A stretch of 61,100 bases of DNA, from positions 1 through 61,100 of the IMG/VR virus record IMGVR_UViG_3300021962_000107; one strand, written 5' to 3'. The notes under the pieces were generated by a model. The model was not told where the DNA came from and did no database searches. It was given only the letters and a program-made list of their open reading frames with translations. The DNA comes from a virus. Its lineage: Duplodnaviria; Caudoviricetes. Shown piece by piece: positions 25,575 through 35,800 of this stretch. The translations under genes were made by a program, and so were the position numbers. How positions within the stretch are numbered: position 1 is the first letter of the stretch; each line of letters begins with the position of its first letter.

Positions 25575-25766
25575 ATGACAAAAGTTAAAGATAATCTTGT
25601 TTGTTTATTTGTAGAAAATGCAAGTGTCTATGAAAAAACTCTTGGTAAACTTAATAAAGGTTATAACGTTGTAAGTAAAGAAGATGCTGATATATGGGTT
25701 AGTAAGTTCCCCAAAATTAGAGTCACATCTCCAGAGGAGGTAGCCGAAGTTTTCGGTGTTAAATAA
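25575..25766 (+). CDS. Small head-associated hypothetical protein
   Basis: 63 aa; coupled (TAATG) to the next gene. Confidence 0.6.
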   Translation: MTKVKDNLVCLFVENASVYEKTLGKLNKGYNVVSKEDADIWVSKFPKIRVTSPEEVAEVFGVK

Positions 25767-26638
25767 TGGAAGTTTTAAGAATTAATGGGAGCGTCCCAAC
25801 AGTTTCGTTTTCAGACCTTGTTCCAAGTGGAACTTATACAATTGAATACTCTGACCTTTTGACAGATGAAACTTTCTCAGCAAGTGCAACCGCAAATGGC
25901 TCTGGAGATATTAATTTTACACTTGATAGTAAATATATTTCATATGATGCAAATTTAGAAGCAAGAGTTCTTGACACATATGATGAAGAAGTTATTGTTA
26001 CAAATATTGATATTTTAAGACCATACTGTGATATATACAGCTTAGCAACAGAGATGGGAAAAACAGTTGCCCAAGTAAAAGAAATGGAAAGAATTGCAAG
26101 ATATATTGTAGATTCTGAAACATTTGGCGGATTTAAGTTTGTAAGAAAAGAAAAAGAAGTAGTTGGAATGGGATCTGACTATTTAGTTATTGATGAAAAG
26201 ATTTACAAGCTTTATAAGTTATATGAAAACCTTGAGCTTGTTTATGATGCTAATTCACAGAATAATGATCAAGAGTTTGAAATATCTAAAGATAAAACTT
26301 CAATTGTTTTAACCCAGACAGAAACAAATAGGGTTAACTACAATAGAGTTTGGAGAGACAGATATTTAGATGTAGATTTTGCAGACGGATTTGAATACCT
26401 TGTTGATGCAGATTTTGGATGGAAGGTAATTCCTCAAGATATTCAAGAAGCAACAAGATTGCTTATAGGGGATATATCAAGTGATAATATGAGATATATA
26501 AATAAGTACATTGAGTCTTTTGATAATGACGATTTTAAAATTAAGTTTGCAAAAAATTTCAATGCATCTACTGGAAATTTGGTAGTAGACAGAATTCTAC
26601 AAAAGTATAAGAATAACATCCGTCTTGGGGTGTTATAA
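25766..26638 (+). CDS. Head-tail adaptor/connector
   Basis: Position; GWKVIPQDIQEATRLL and TGNLVVDRILQKY adaptor-like motifs. Confidence 0.7.
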   Translation: MEVLRINGSVPTVSFSDLVPSGTYTIEYSDLLTDETFSASATANGSGDINFTLDSKYISYDANLEARVLDTYDEEVIVTNIDILRPYCDIYSLATEMGKTVAQVKEMERIARYIVDSETFGGFKFVRKEKEVVGMGSDYLVIDEKIYKLYKLYENLELVYDANSQNNDQEFEISKDKTSIVLTQTETNRVNYNRVWRDRYLDVDFADGFEYLVDADFGWKVIPQDIQEATRLLIGDISSDNMRYINKYIESFDNDDFKIKFAKNFNASTGNLVVDRILQKYKNNIRLGVL

Positions 26639-27111
26639 TGCTTTTTAATTCATCCCTTGATGATATTCTTTACCCAATGACTGCTGACATTTACTATGCA
26701 GTAGAAACACAGTCTGAATATGGAAACATGACTAGAACTTGGCAATTTGATAGAACTGTAAATTGTTCAGCAATCACTGCTACTTCTGGAGAACTAACTG
26801 CAGAACTTAGGGTAAAAGATAAATTTTTAGACTATAATTCTTCTGTATTCTTTAGAACTAATCAGGACATTAGAAAAAGCTCTTCTGGAAAGTACTATCC
26901 AATAACAGCAACTGCAGTCACAAATATGAGAGATCCAAATGGGGATCCAGTCTGGATTAATACAGAAAATCTTAAAACAAAAGCTGAAACTGTTAAAACA
27001 AAGTATGAAGTTAAAACAATTATTCCAAGATTTGATATGTTCCATAATATTGGCATGTATACTGTATTTCTTAATCGTTCAGCTAACCAAAAGTGGGATA
27101 TACCAGAATGA
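26638..27111 (+). CDS. Head closure/stopper protein
   Basis: Position; Q.EYG...TWQFDRTV.C pattern. Confidence 0.55.
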   Translation: MLFNSSLDDILYPMTADIYYAVETQSEYGNMTRTWQFDRTVNCSAITATSGELTAELRVKDKFLDYNSSVFFRTNQDIRKSSSGKYYPITATAVTNMRDPNGDPVWINTENLKTKAETVKTKYEVKTIIPRFDMFHNIGMYTVFLNRSANQKWDIPE

Positions 27112-27800
27112 TAAGAGCAAGAATTAAAGGTGACAATGTTGTAAAAATGCTTAGAAACTCTGTTGAGTATTCAAGTGCATTCGCTACAGAATTAAAAAGA
27201 AATCAAGATACTTTAAATAAAAAACTTGGAGAAGAGTCAATTGATGCTTTTTATGATTATCTTGATAGTCTTGCGAGATCTCATCCAGGAATGCTTCATC
27301 ACGTCTATGAGTGGGGGGAAGTTGGAAACCCTATGGAAAGACTGTTTGATTTAACAATGTCTGTTAATAAAACATCTGCAGTTATAGATGCTGAGTTTTT
27401 AGAGTCCAGAGTTCCTTCTCCAACATCTACAGAACCATTTTATGACAAGGCAGAAATAATGGAAGATGGAAGAACTGTTACAATTAACCAAGTAGAAGCA
27501 AAAGCACTATTTTTTGAATCAGATGGAGAAGAATTTTTTAGAAGTGGTCCAATAGTTATTGCCAATCCTGGTGGAGAGGCAACAAGAGGATCTTTCTTAA
27601 AAGCATTTGATGAATTTTATGGATCATATTTTACAGAAGTTCATTTAAAAGCAATTAGATTTTATCAGTATTTTCAAAATCCAAAAGTTTTTGAAAAATA
27701 TTTTGCTTCTGCAACAAAGGGTGGGGCTTCTGCAAAAGGTAAAAAAGCTGCACTATCATGGATAATGAATGCACCAGGAGGTAGCTATGGTGGTATATAG
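27108..27800 (+). CDS. Neck protein (HK97 gp10-like position)
   Basis: Synteny; ATGA overlap with the upstream stop. Confidence 0.5.
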   Translation: MIRARIKGDNVVKMLRNSVEYSSAFATELKRNQDTLNKKLGEESIDAFYDYLDSLARSHPGMLHHVYEWGEVGNPMERLFDLTMSVNKTSAVIDAEFLESRVPSPTSTEPFYDKAEIMEDGRTVTINQVEAKALFFESDGEEFFRSGPIVIANPGGEATRGSFLKAFDEFYGSYFTEVHLKAIRFYQYFQNPKVFEKYFASATKGGASAKGKKAALSWIMNAPGGSYGGI

Positions 27801-28368
27801 ACCAGAAAATATTATTAACCTATATGTTTGGGAACAGTTCAAAACTCATGCCCCAGCATTCTATAACCTTTATGGTCCAACTTCTGGTGGTCCAGATATC
27901 GTTCCTTTCTTTCCTGCTCCAGCAAACAATCTTCCAACTGCTGTAATTGATAATGATTTGCCATATGTTATGTTTGATAAGTTTAGTAGAGTCCGTGGAG
28001 GCTATAAATATTTCTACCCTATCAAGACTGACCAAATGAGATATACAATCGTTGGTGGCTCTCTGTACGACATTAATAGGAACCAGCAGGATAGGTATGC
28101 AACTACTATAAACCTTACAAGTCTTATTCAAAGCATTTTAGACAGGGAAGACGATGCTGCAAGAGATATTAATGAATTTACCAAGACTCTTCCAGATTAT
28201 AACAATCCTAACTATCCAGAATTAAGCAAATATTACTTTCACTGTGTAAATGTTTATCAGTCTGGATTCACAGATACTCAGCAAGATGTCTCTGATTTTA
28301 TGGAATATAACCCTACAAGAGACCTTATTATTAAATATGACTATCATTCTAAACAGTTTAATGAGTAA
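27787..28368 (+). CDS. Tail terminator/completion protein
   Basis: GGAGG SD; directly precedes the major tail gene. Confidence 0.5.
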   Translation: MVVYRPENIINLYVWEQFKTHAPAFYNLYGPTSGGPDIVPFFPAPANNLPTAVIDNDLPYVMFDKFSRVRGGYKYFYPIKTDQMRYTIVGGSLYDINRNQQDRYATTINLTSLIQSILDREDDAARDINEFTKTLPDYNNPNYPELSKYYFHCVNVYQSGFTDTQQDVSDFMEYNPTRDLIIKYDYHSKQFNE

Positions 28369-28447
28369 TAAAAACTAGATGTATACTTAGATTAGGAAAC
28401 GCCAATACCCTATAAATTTTAAGACTAAAAGTGAGGTGTAAAAAAAT

Positions 28448-29119
28448 ATGGCTACTCGTGGAAATTCCAATCAAATTATCGTAGGTGCAGCCCAGCTCTT
28501 CGTTTCGAAGCAGGGTCCACTAGAATACAACTCTGTTGTAGACGAATATGTATTCGGCAGTGCTTCAGTATCAGGTATTCCAGCATTCGTTGCAGGAACA
28601 CTTTATGCAGACACAGTTGAAGCAGCTACCACAAACTGGAGAAACGTAGGCTACACCATGAATGGTTTGGAAGTACAATTCCAACCAGATTTTGGTGAAG
28701 TACAGGTTGATCAGCTTCTTGACGTTGCTAAACTTTACAAGCAAGGTATGCAGGTGAACATGGTTACAGCATTTGCTGAAGCTACACTTGAAAATCTTGT
28801 TGTTGCAGTTGCAACTGCGGATTCTAACTTCAATGATGCAGATCCAGATGAAGTAACACTTAACCTCTCAGCAGGTGATCTAGGTGAAGTTCCTTTGGAA
28901 CGTGCACTTATCGCTGTTGGTCCAGGTTCTGGCGATCCTAGTGCAACTGGTGCAGATCAGGTTGAGCGTGTCTATGTTGCACACCGTGCTCTATCTATTG
29001 ATAGTGTAACTGTGTCAGCAAAGCGTGATACTCCTTCTATGTACGAAGTATCATTCCGTTTGCTTCCAACTGCTAATGGCTCATACGGTAAGATTGTTGA
29101 CCGTGTAAAGGGTGCATAA
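28448..29119 (+). CDS. Major tail tube protein
   Basis: GAGGTG SD; IIVGAAQLF, VGYTMNGLE, VDQLLD, AEATLENL; followed by a terminator and the chaperone/tape-measure genes. Confidence 0.85.
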   Translation: MATRGNSNQIIVGAAQLFVSKQGPLEYNSVVDEYVFGSASVSGIPAFVAGTLYADTVEAATTNWRNVGYTMNGLEVQFQPDFGEVQVDQLLDVAKLYKQGMQVNMVTAFAEATLENLVVAVATADSNFNDADPDEVTLNLSAGDLGEVPLERALIAVGPGSGDPSATGADQVERVYVAHRALSIDSVTVSAKRDTPSMYEVSFRLLPTANGSYGKIVDRVKGA

Positions 29120-29144
29120 CCTAATATAATTAAATAATAGAAGC

Positions 29145-29183
29145 TACCCACTCTCATTAATTTGGGGGTGGGTAATTTCTTTT
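29145..29183 (+). terminator. Intrinsic terminator
   Basis: TACCCACTCTCA-TTAATT-TGGGGGTGGGTA followed by ATTTCTTTT. Confidence 0.85.
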
Positions 29184-29197
29184 ATAAAGGGCTTTTA

Positions 29198-29206
29198 TGC
29201 TATAAT
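29198..29206 (+). promoter_or_regulatory. Extended -10 TGcTATAAT
   Basis: After the terminator, before AGGAGG SD and ATG 29232. Confidence 0.65.
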
Positions 29207-29231
29207 TGAATATATTCTACAGGAGGAATAA

Positions 29232-29567
29232 ATGGCAACTAGTGTATATGAAGTTGTAGAAGTAGAGCTATTAGACGGCTCTACTATTTCTATGAAACCA
29301 CTAAAAATCTCTTTACTTAGAGAGTTTATGAAAGAGTTTCAAAAAATTGGTGATCCAAAGATTGCAGAAGATAATATTAAATCTATGGATTTATTGCTAA
29401 GCTGTGCAACTATTGCAATGAAGCAATATAGTCCAGAACTAGCAACTAAGGAACAGTTAGAAGAAATCATGGATCTTCCAACTGTATATAAGGTAATCGA
29501 AGTGGCTGCAGGGATTAAGTTGAACGACCCAAACGCACTGGCAGCGGCTCTAGTTGGGACGAACTAG
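29232..29567 (+). CDS. Tail assembly chaperone (gpG-like)
   Basis: Between the major tail and tape-measure genes; slippery heptamer near the 3' end. Confidence 0.8.
   Translation: MATSVYEVVEVELLDGSTISMKPLKISLLREFMKEFQKIGDPKIAEDNIKSMDLLLSCATIAMKQYSPELATKEQLEEIMDLPTVYKVIEVAAGIKLNDPNALAAALVGTN
29528..29534 (+). other. Programmed -1 frameshift heptamer C CCA AAC
   Basis: X XXY YYZ in the chaperone frame; the -1 frame is open from 29519 to 29899. Confidence 0.8.
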
Positions 29568-29899
29568 ATCTTGCTGAGTTAGAATCAAGAGTATTTCTTC
29601 TGGGATTCTGGAAGAATTATTCTGAAATGGAGGAAAGTATATCAATGCCTGAACTAGTAGCAATACTAGAAGCTAAGAATGAGCAAGACTACGAGCATAA
29701 AAAATTCTTGGCTGCATTACAAGGTGTTAATATAGATTCTTCTTCGTCCGAAAATAAGTGGGAAGAGATAAAGGCTAGAGCTTTTAGCAATGGTGCTACA
29801 TCTAATCCTAACGACATCCTTGCCTTGCAAGGTGCTGCAGCTAAAAGAGCTGGATTTGGCATTGGACAAGGTTTGGATTACGAGGTGATTACTGAATAA
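29534..29899 (+). CDS. Frameshifted extension of the tail chaperone (gpT-like)
   Basis: -1 frame reads RTGSGSSWDELDLAELESRVFLLGFWKNYSE into the MEESIS ORF at 29627, which lacks an SD. Confidence 0.75.
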   Translation, partial: RTGSGSSWDELDLAELESRVFLLGFWKNYSEMEESISMPELVAILEAKNEQDYEHKKFLAALQGVNIDSSSSENKWEEIKARAFSNGATSNPNDILALQGAAAKRAGFGIGQGLDYEVITE

Positions 29900-32800
29900 T
29901 GGCTGAGGTCGCAAAAGGCATTATTGATATTGAGATTAACACAGGTAGTGCTGCGTCTCAACTTCAATCTCTTCAAGCACAGATTAATGCTTTTAACCTT
30001 GCCCTTAATAAAAGTAACAAGGCACAAGGAACTTTTGCTGCTGAATATTCCAAAGAATTGCAAAATGCGATTAATAAAACTGGACTATTTACGGCAGAGA
30101 CCATTAGGCTATCAACTGCTGCTGCCACTTTAGATAAAACTTTGTCCAAGGGTAAAACAACTCTTGGGCAATTTTTTAGTGCAAAATTTAATAAAGATAG
30201 TGCGATTGCAGCAGAAACAATGGCACTTGCTGCAGAACGTGCTAAGAGACTTCAAACACAATTTATAGCAACCTCTGGTGCTGCAAATGGTTTTCAAGAA
30301 GCAATAGCAGTTAGACCACTTGCTGCATTTTCTTCAGAAGCAGCAGTCGCTGCTCAAAGAACTCAAATTCTTTCTAATATGTTTAAGCAAGGAACTACAC
30401 AGCTTGTTAATTTTGGTAAGAACGTTCAGTGGGCTGGTCGTCAGCTTATGGTTGGTTTTACAGTACCTCTTACAATTTTTGGATCAGTTGCTGGAAAAAC
30501 TTTTATGGACCTTGAAAAACAGGCTGTTGCTTTTAAAAAGGTGTATGGTGACATTTTTACAACTCCAGCAGAATTAGATAAAAATTTAGAAGCTGTAAAA
30601 GGTTTAGCTGCTGAATATACAAAATATGGCATTGCTGTAAAAGACACAATTGGACTTGCTGCTCAGGCTGCTGCTGCTGGTAGACAAAATGCTGACTTAA
30701 CAGATGCTGTTTCACAAGCAACAAGACTTGCAACGCTTGGTCAAATGGATCAAAATGCAGCACTTGAAACAACAATATCTTTGCAGTCTGCATTTAGATT
30801 ATCTGGTAAAGATCTTGCAGATACTATTAACTTTTTAAATATGGTTGAAAATCAAACTGTTGTATCTTTGCAAGATATTGCTGCTGCTATTCCTCGTGTA
30901 GCCCCAGTTATTCAAGGTCTTGGTGGTAACGTAAAAGACTTAACAGTATTTCTTGCAGCAATGCAAGAAGGTGGTGTAGATGCTGCTGAAGGTGCTAATG
31001 CTTTAAAGTCTGGTCTTGCATCTTTAATTAATCCAACAAAACAGGCTACAGAAATGTTGTCTGGAATGGGAATAAATCTTCAATCTATTATTGAAGCAAA
31101 TAAGGGAGACCTTATGGGAACTGTTAGATCTTTTGCACAAGCCCTATCCTCACTTGATCAATTTTCAAGACAACAGGCATTAGAACAAGTGTTTGGTAAA
31201 TTCCAGTATGCAAAACTTGGTGCACTATTTGACAATATCTCTAGAAAAGGATCACAAGCACAACAAGTTATTGAAACAATGGGGTACTCTACAGAACAAC
31301 TTGGTGCAACTGCAGATAAAGAATTAAAAACAATTGAAGAATCTTTTGGTGTGCAATTAACTGGAGCAGTAGAAAGATTTAAATTAGCAATTGCTCCTAT
31401 TGGTCAATTATTTGTTCAACTTGCAATTCCAGTTGTTAATTTTATTACAAAAATTGTTGAAGGATTTAATGGTCTTACAGAAGGTCAAAAGAAATTTACT
31501 GCTATTGCTGCAGTAATTGTTGGCGTTGTAGTTCCTGCAGTAACCATGCTTACTGGTTTATTCTTAAACCTTGTTGGAACTCTTGCAAAAATGACACAAG
31601 GAATGGCACTATTTAGCAAAGGATTTATCACTGGTGGTCCAATTGGAGCATTTAAAGCACTAACTCAAAGTTCCAAATATTTAAGTCTTTCTGAAATGGA
31701 TGCAGCTATGGCTGCTCAACAACTTTCAGGTGCAAGTCAAGTTTTAAATGCAACTCTTATTGAACAAGTTGGAACAGCAAATGCAGCAGCAGCAGCTATT
31801 GCTAATTTAACAAAGGCATATAGTGCAATGGCTGCAACACAAGGTGCTGCAGGAGGACTACCATCGTTTGGAGTTGCTAGTGCTGCTGGAACTAATGCTG
31901 CAAAGGGTGTTAAGACTGGTGGAATTAGAATAAGGGGATTAAGAAGAAATACTGGTGGTGGAGTTCCTGGTGTAGGAAACACAGATACAGTTCCAGCAAT
32001 GCTTACTCCTGGTGAGTTTGTTGTAAACAAAAAAGCTACTAGTCAAAACCTTGGACTTTTAAAAGCTATTAATAATGGTGGAATTCAAAAATTTAGTCAG
32101 GGTGGAAATGTTTTAGATGAGATTGCTGCTGTAAGAGCTATAGGATTTGGTGCTACTGGATCTATTCCTTCAATAAGAAGAAATCCTGCTCAAAGAGCCG
32201 TATCTATTGGTGGAATGTTTTCTGAATTTGCTAGATCTCTTATGGTAGCAAGACTTAATCAAAGATCAGGTTTTGGAGGATTTAGAAGGGTTAATCTTAG
32301 AGGAAGGTCTGCAAGTGGAAGAATTTCTGGATCTTCAAATACATCATATTCTGGAACACAGGGAGGATCAGGATATAAGCCATATACTGCTTCAAGAATT
32401 GAAAATATAATTGACTCTTCTTTTGATGAATATGGTGGTGCAGCTGCAAGAAGCCAGCTCGTATCTGGACTAACAAGGCAAGAGGGACAAAGATCTTCGT
32501 CATTAGTTTTTGGACATGCAGTTACTCCAGAATTTTTATCATCAACACAGGGCATTGGTGCACAATTTGGAACTAGAGGAAGTTATCCTAGAGCAAATGT
32601 TTCACAGCTTAGAGGAAGAATTTTTGGAACTAGTGCAAGAGATGTTAGCTCTGATGCACTACTAGATATACTTCCATCAACTGGTGCAGTAATTCCACAA
32701 AGGTTTAATAGTCAATTAGGAAGAGGCTCTGGAGCACCAGCACAAGGATTTGGAAAAGCTGAGTGGTTTCATGAAATTGAATTAATTGAATTTTTAAAAC

Positions 32801-35800
32801 AAAGAGGAGTTCCAGCACAAAATATAGTAAAAGCAGCAAAAAGAGCTGCAGAATTAAAAAATAGATTTTTTAGAAATTATAATGGAAATATTGATGAACA
32901 AACTTGGGGAAGAATTCAAAATGCAGCAGAAAGACAAGCAATTCTACAGTTAAATTCTGGAGGATCTGTTCCAGGAACTGGCAATAGAGATACAGTTCCA
33001 GCCATGCTTACTCCAGGAGAATTTGTTGTAAATAAAAAAGCAGCTAGTCAAAATCAAGGAATTCTTGAAATGATGAATGGTGGAAAAGTTAAAGGATACG
33101 AAGATGGTGGACAGGTCGTAGCAGGAAGAGGTTCAAGAATTTTATCAAGAGCAAAAGGTGTTGCTGGAGGTCTTGGAATTTCCAGTATGGCAGGTTCTGC
33201 ATTAGGTTATGCAGTTGGCGGAAATACAGGAGCTTTAATTGGATCTATTATTGGACCAATGTTGGCAAAGCCAGCAAAACTGGTTGGACTACAACTTTTA
33301 AAACTTGGAGTGCCAGTTCTTTCAGCCACTGCAGGATTTGCCCTTGCAGGATTTGCAATATATAAATTAAATAAAAGTTTAAATGATGCACAAAAGTCTG
33401 GAGCAAAGTTGTCAGACGCTATGTATGGATCTGCGGAAAAAACAAAAGCTATGGGTGAAGCTTTTGGAAGAGAAAGTTATGCACAAGCCTCTAGAAGAAT
33501 GGCTGTTGAAAAAGCTGGTGGTCAAGAAATAACACAGGAAGCACAAGCAGCTTCTAGTGAATTTTTGAAAACAGATGCAGCTACTCAAATGAAAAAAGAT
33601 TTAGAACTTGTTAAAAAATCTGGAGAAGATGTTGCATTAGCTTTAAGAAATCAACTTGCTTCATCAATTATAGCTGGAGTAATTAGTCCAGAAGAGGCAA
33701 AGGCAATTGCTATAGACATGGGCAAGGAGCTAAAGGATCAAAAGTTAGCAGTTAATGTTGCTGGACAACTAAGCTCTTTACTTGGTCCTAATGGAGAAAA
33801 GCTTTTAACAGATCCTACTGGAATTGTAATTGCTATAACTCCTCAGATTGATAAAAACAAAGTTAAAAATGATGCACAAGATGCATACAATGAATTAAAT
33901 CCTTTACAAGCATTTGGTCAATTCTTTAAAGGTGGAAAAGAAGAGTTTATAAGAAATTTCTCAATAGAGACAATATCTTCTCAAAATGCTTCAGCATTAG
34001 CTAAAGAAGCAGAAGCAAGAGCAATGCTTAATGCACAAGTTCAAGAAGGTACAATAACTCTTGAGCAATATATCAAAGCTGTTGGAAGTCTTGGAGAAGC
34101 TTCTAAATCAAGTCAAAAAGCAGTTGCTGATGCAAATGCTCAGGCTTTAGGCTTTGCAGATGTAGCAGCAATGAACTCTGCTGCAAATAGAATGTCTGAT
34201 CGTCAAAAACAGTTGGATACAAATACTGGTGCAAATGGACAGACTTTAACTGTAGAACAAAGAAACCAGCTATTAAATGAAGGATCTCAAGACATTGCAG
34301 GAAAACAAGCACTAGAATCTGCAAACAAAATAAAGGAACAGCTTAGAACAATCTTACTAGAGTCTGGATATGAAGATGCAGCAGCACAGTCAATAATTAA
34401 CGGTGTAGAGCAAGGATTAGCTTCTGGTAGAGTAGGAGATGCTGCTGGACTTTTTGCAAAAGTAATATCTGGAGAGTTAAGAGCTACAGATGTTGAAATG
34501 GTTGCAAGGCTTAAGCTAGAGGGTAATCTTGATCAAGCAGGTCTTGATGATTTAATTGCTAAAATTGATATATTAAGAACTGACCCAGAAGTTGATTTAA
34601 AATTTAATTTTAATAGTACTAATACTTCTAAAGATATTAATGATATATTTGCACTATATGATAAACTTCAAAAAACTCCAGATATTACAAAGAAAATGTT
34701 TGCTGAAGATAAATATACATCTGTATTCAAGCAATTTGGAATTGATTATAATAAAATAGCAGCACTACCTGATTTAGAACAAGCAATTGTAACAACAAAT
34801 CTTCAAAGATATGTAGATTATAGGGCAATAATTGTTAAGGATAGAGCTACAGATCCAGGTGAAGTTGCAAGAGATTTAAGAATTTTAGAGGACACCCTTG
34901 GTAAAAATATTAGAAGTACTTTTGGTACAAATTCTGGAGTAGATAAGCAACAAGATTTTTCAGGTTTTGGATCAGGTTCTGGAGGCGGTAGTGGAAAAGC
35001 TAATGAACTTAAGAAAATGCTTATGGAAAGATTTAGGCTTCAAGAAATGCTTATTGATAAAGAAGCAGAAGGTTTTAATAATAGAGTTAAACAATTAAAT
35101 AGAGAAATTGAGCTAGAAGAAAGACAGGTTTCTTTAAGACAAAAAGCACTTGACGATCTTTCTAAAAAAGAAGAAGAAGTAAATAAGGCTTATGACTTAA
35201 GAGTAGAAGCACTAGACAAGGTTTCAGAATCAAATTCAAGAATATCTGAACAACAAAGAGCAGCGACTGATTTAGCCTCTGCTCTTGCTTCTGGAGATAT
35301 TGCTGGAGCAGCAAATATTACTAGTGAAATGCAGCAACAGTCTGCACAATACCAGATTGAAGATGCTAGAGCAGCACTTGAAGAACAAAGACAAAAAGCT
35401 TTAGAGTCATTAACAATTTCTGTAAATGGTCAATTAATGACAAGAAAAGATATTGAATTCCAAATAGAAACAATTCAAAATAGAATTTATGATAAAGGGT
35501 TATTGGTTCAAGGACTTCAGGATAAACTTCTAGTTTTAGAAGATAAAAAACTAGCAGTTGCAAAAGAACGTGAAAAGGTTGAAACTAGACTATATCTTTT
35601 AGAACAAAGAAAAGCTATATTAGATTTAACAAAGGGTAAGGGCGGAAAACTTAATAAGAGTGAGTTAGCACTTCTTGCAGAATATAAATCAGCATATAAT
35701 CAAATTGCAGATATGTACAATGCATCTAATCCTGGAGCACAGGTAAAAAAGGTAAACTATGGCGGAACAATAAGAAAGATGGCTTTTGGTGGAATTGCAT

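Noticed and set aside
28369-28447. 79-nt gap before the major tail gene as an ncRNA
   Set aside because: Explained by a TATACT -10 box, an AT-rich leader and an SD; no stable structure seen
29627-29899. Independent 90-aa gene starting at ATG 29627
   Set aside because: No SD; coding-like sequence extends upstream to the slippery site, so it is better explained as the frameshift product
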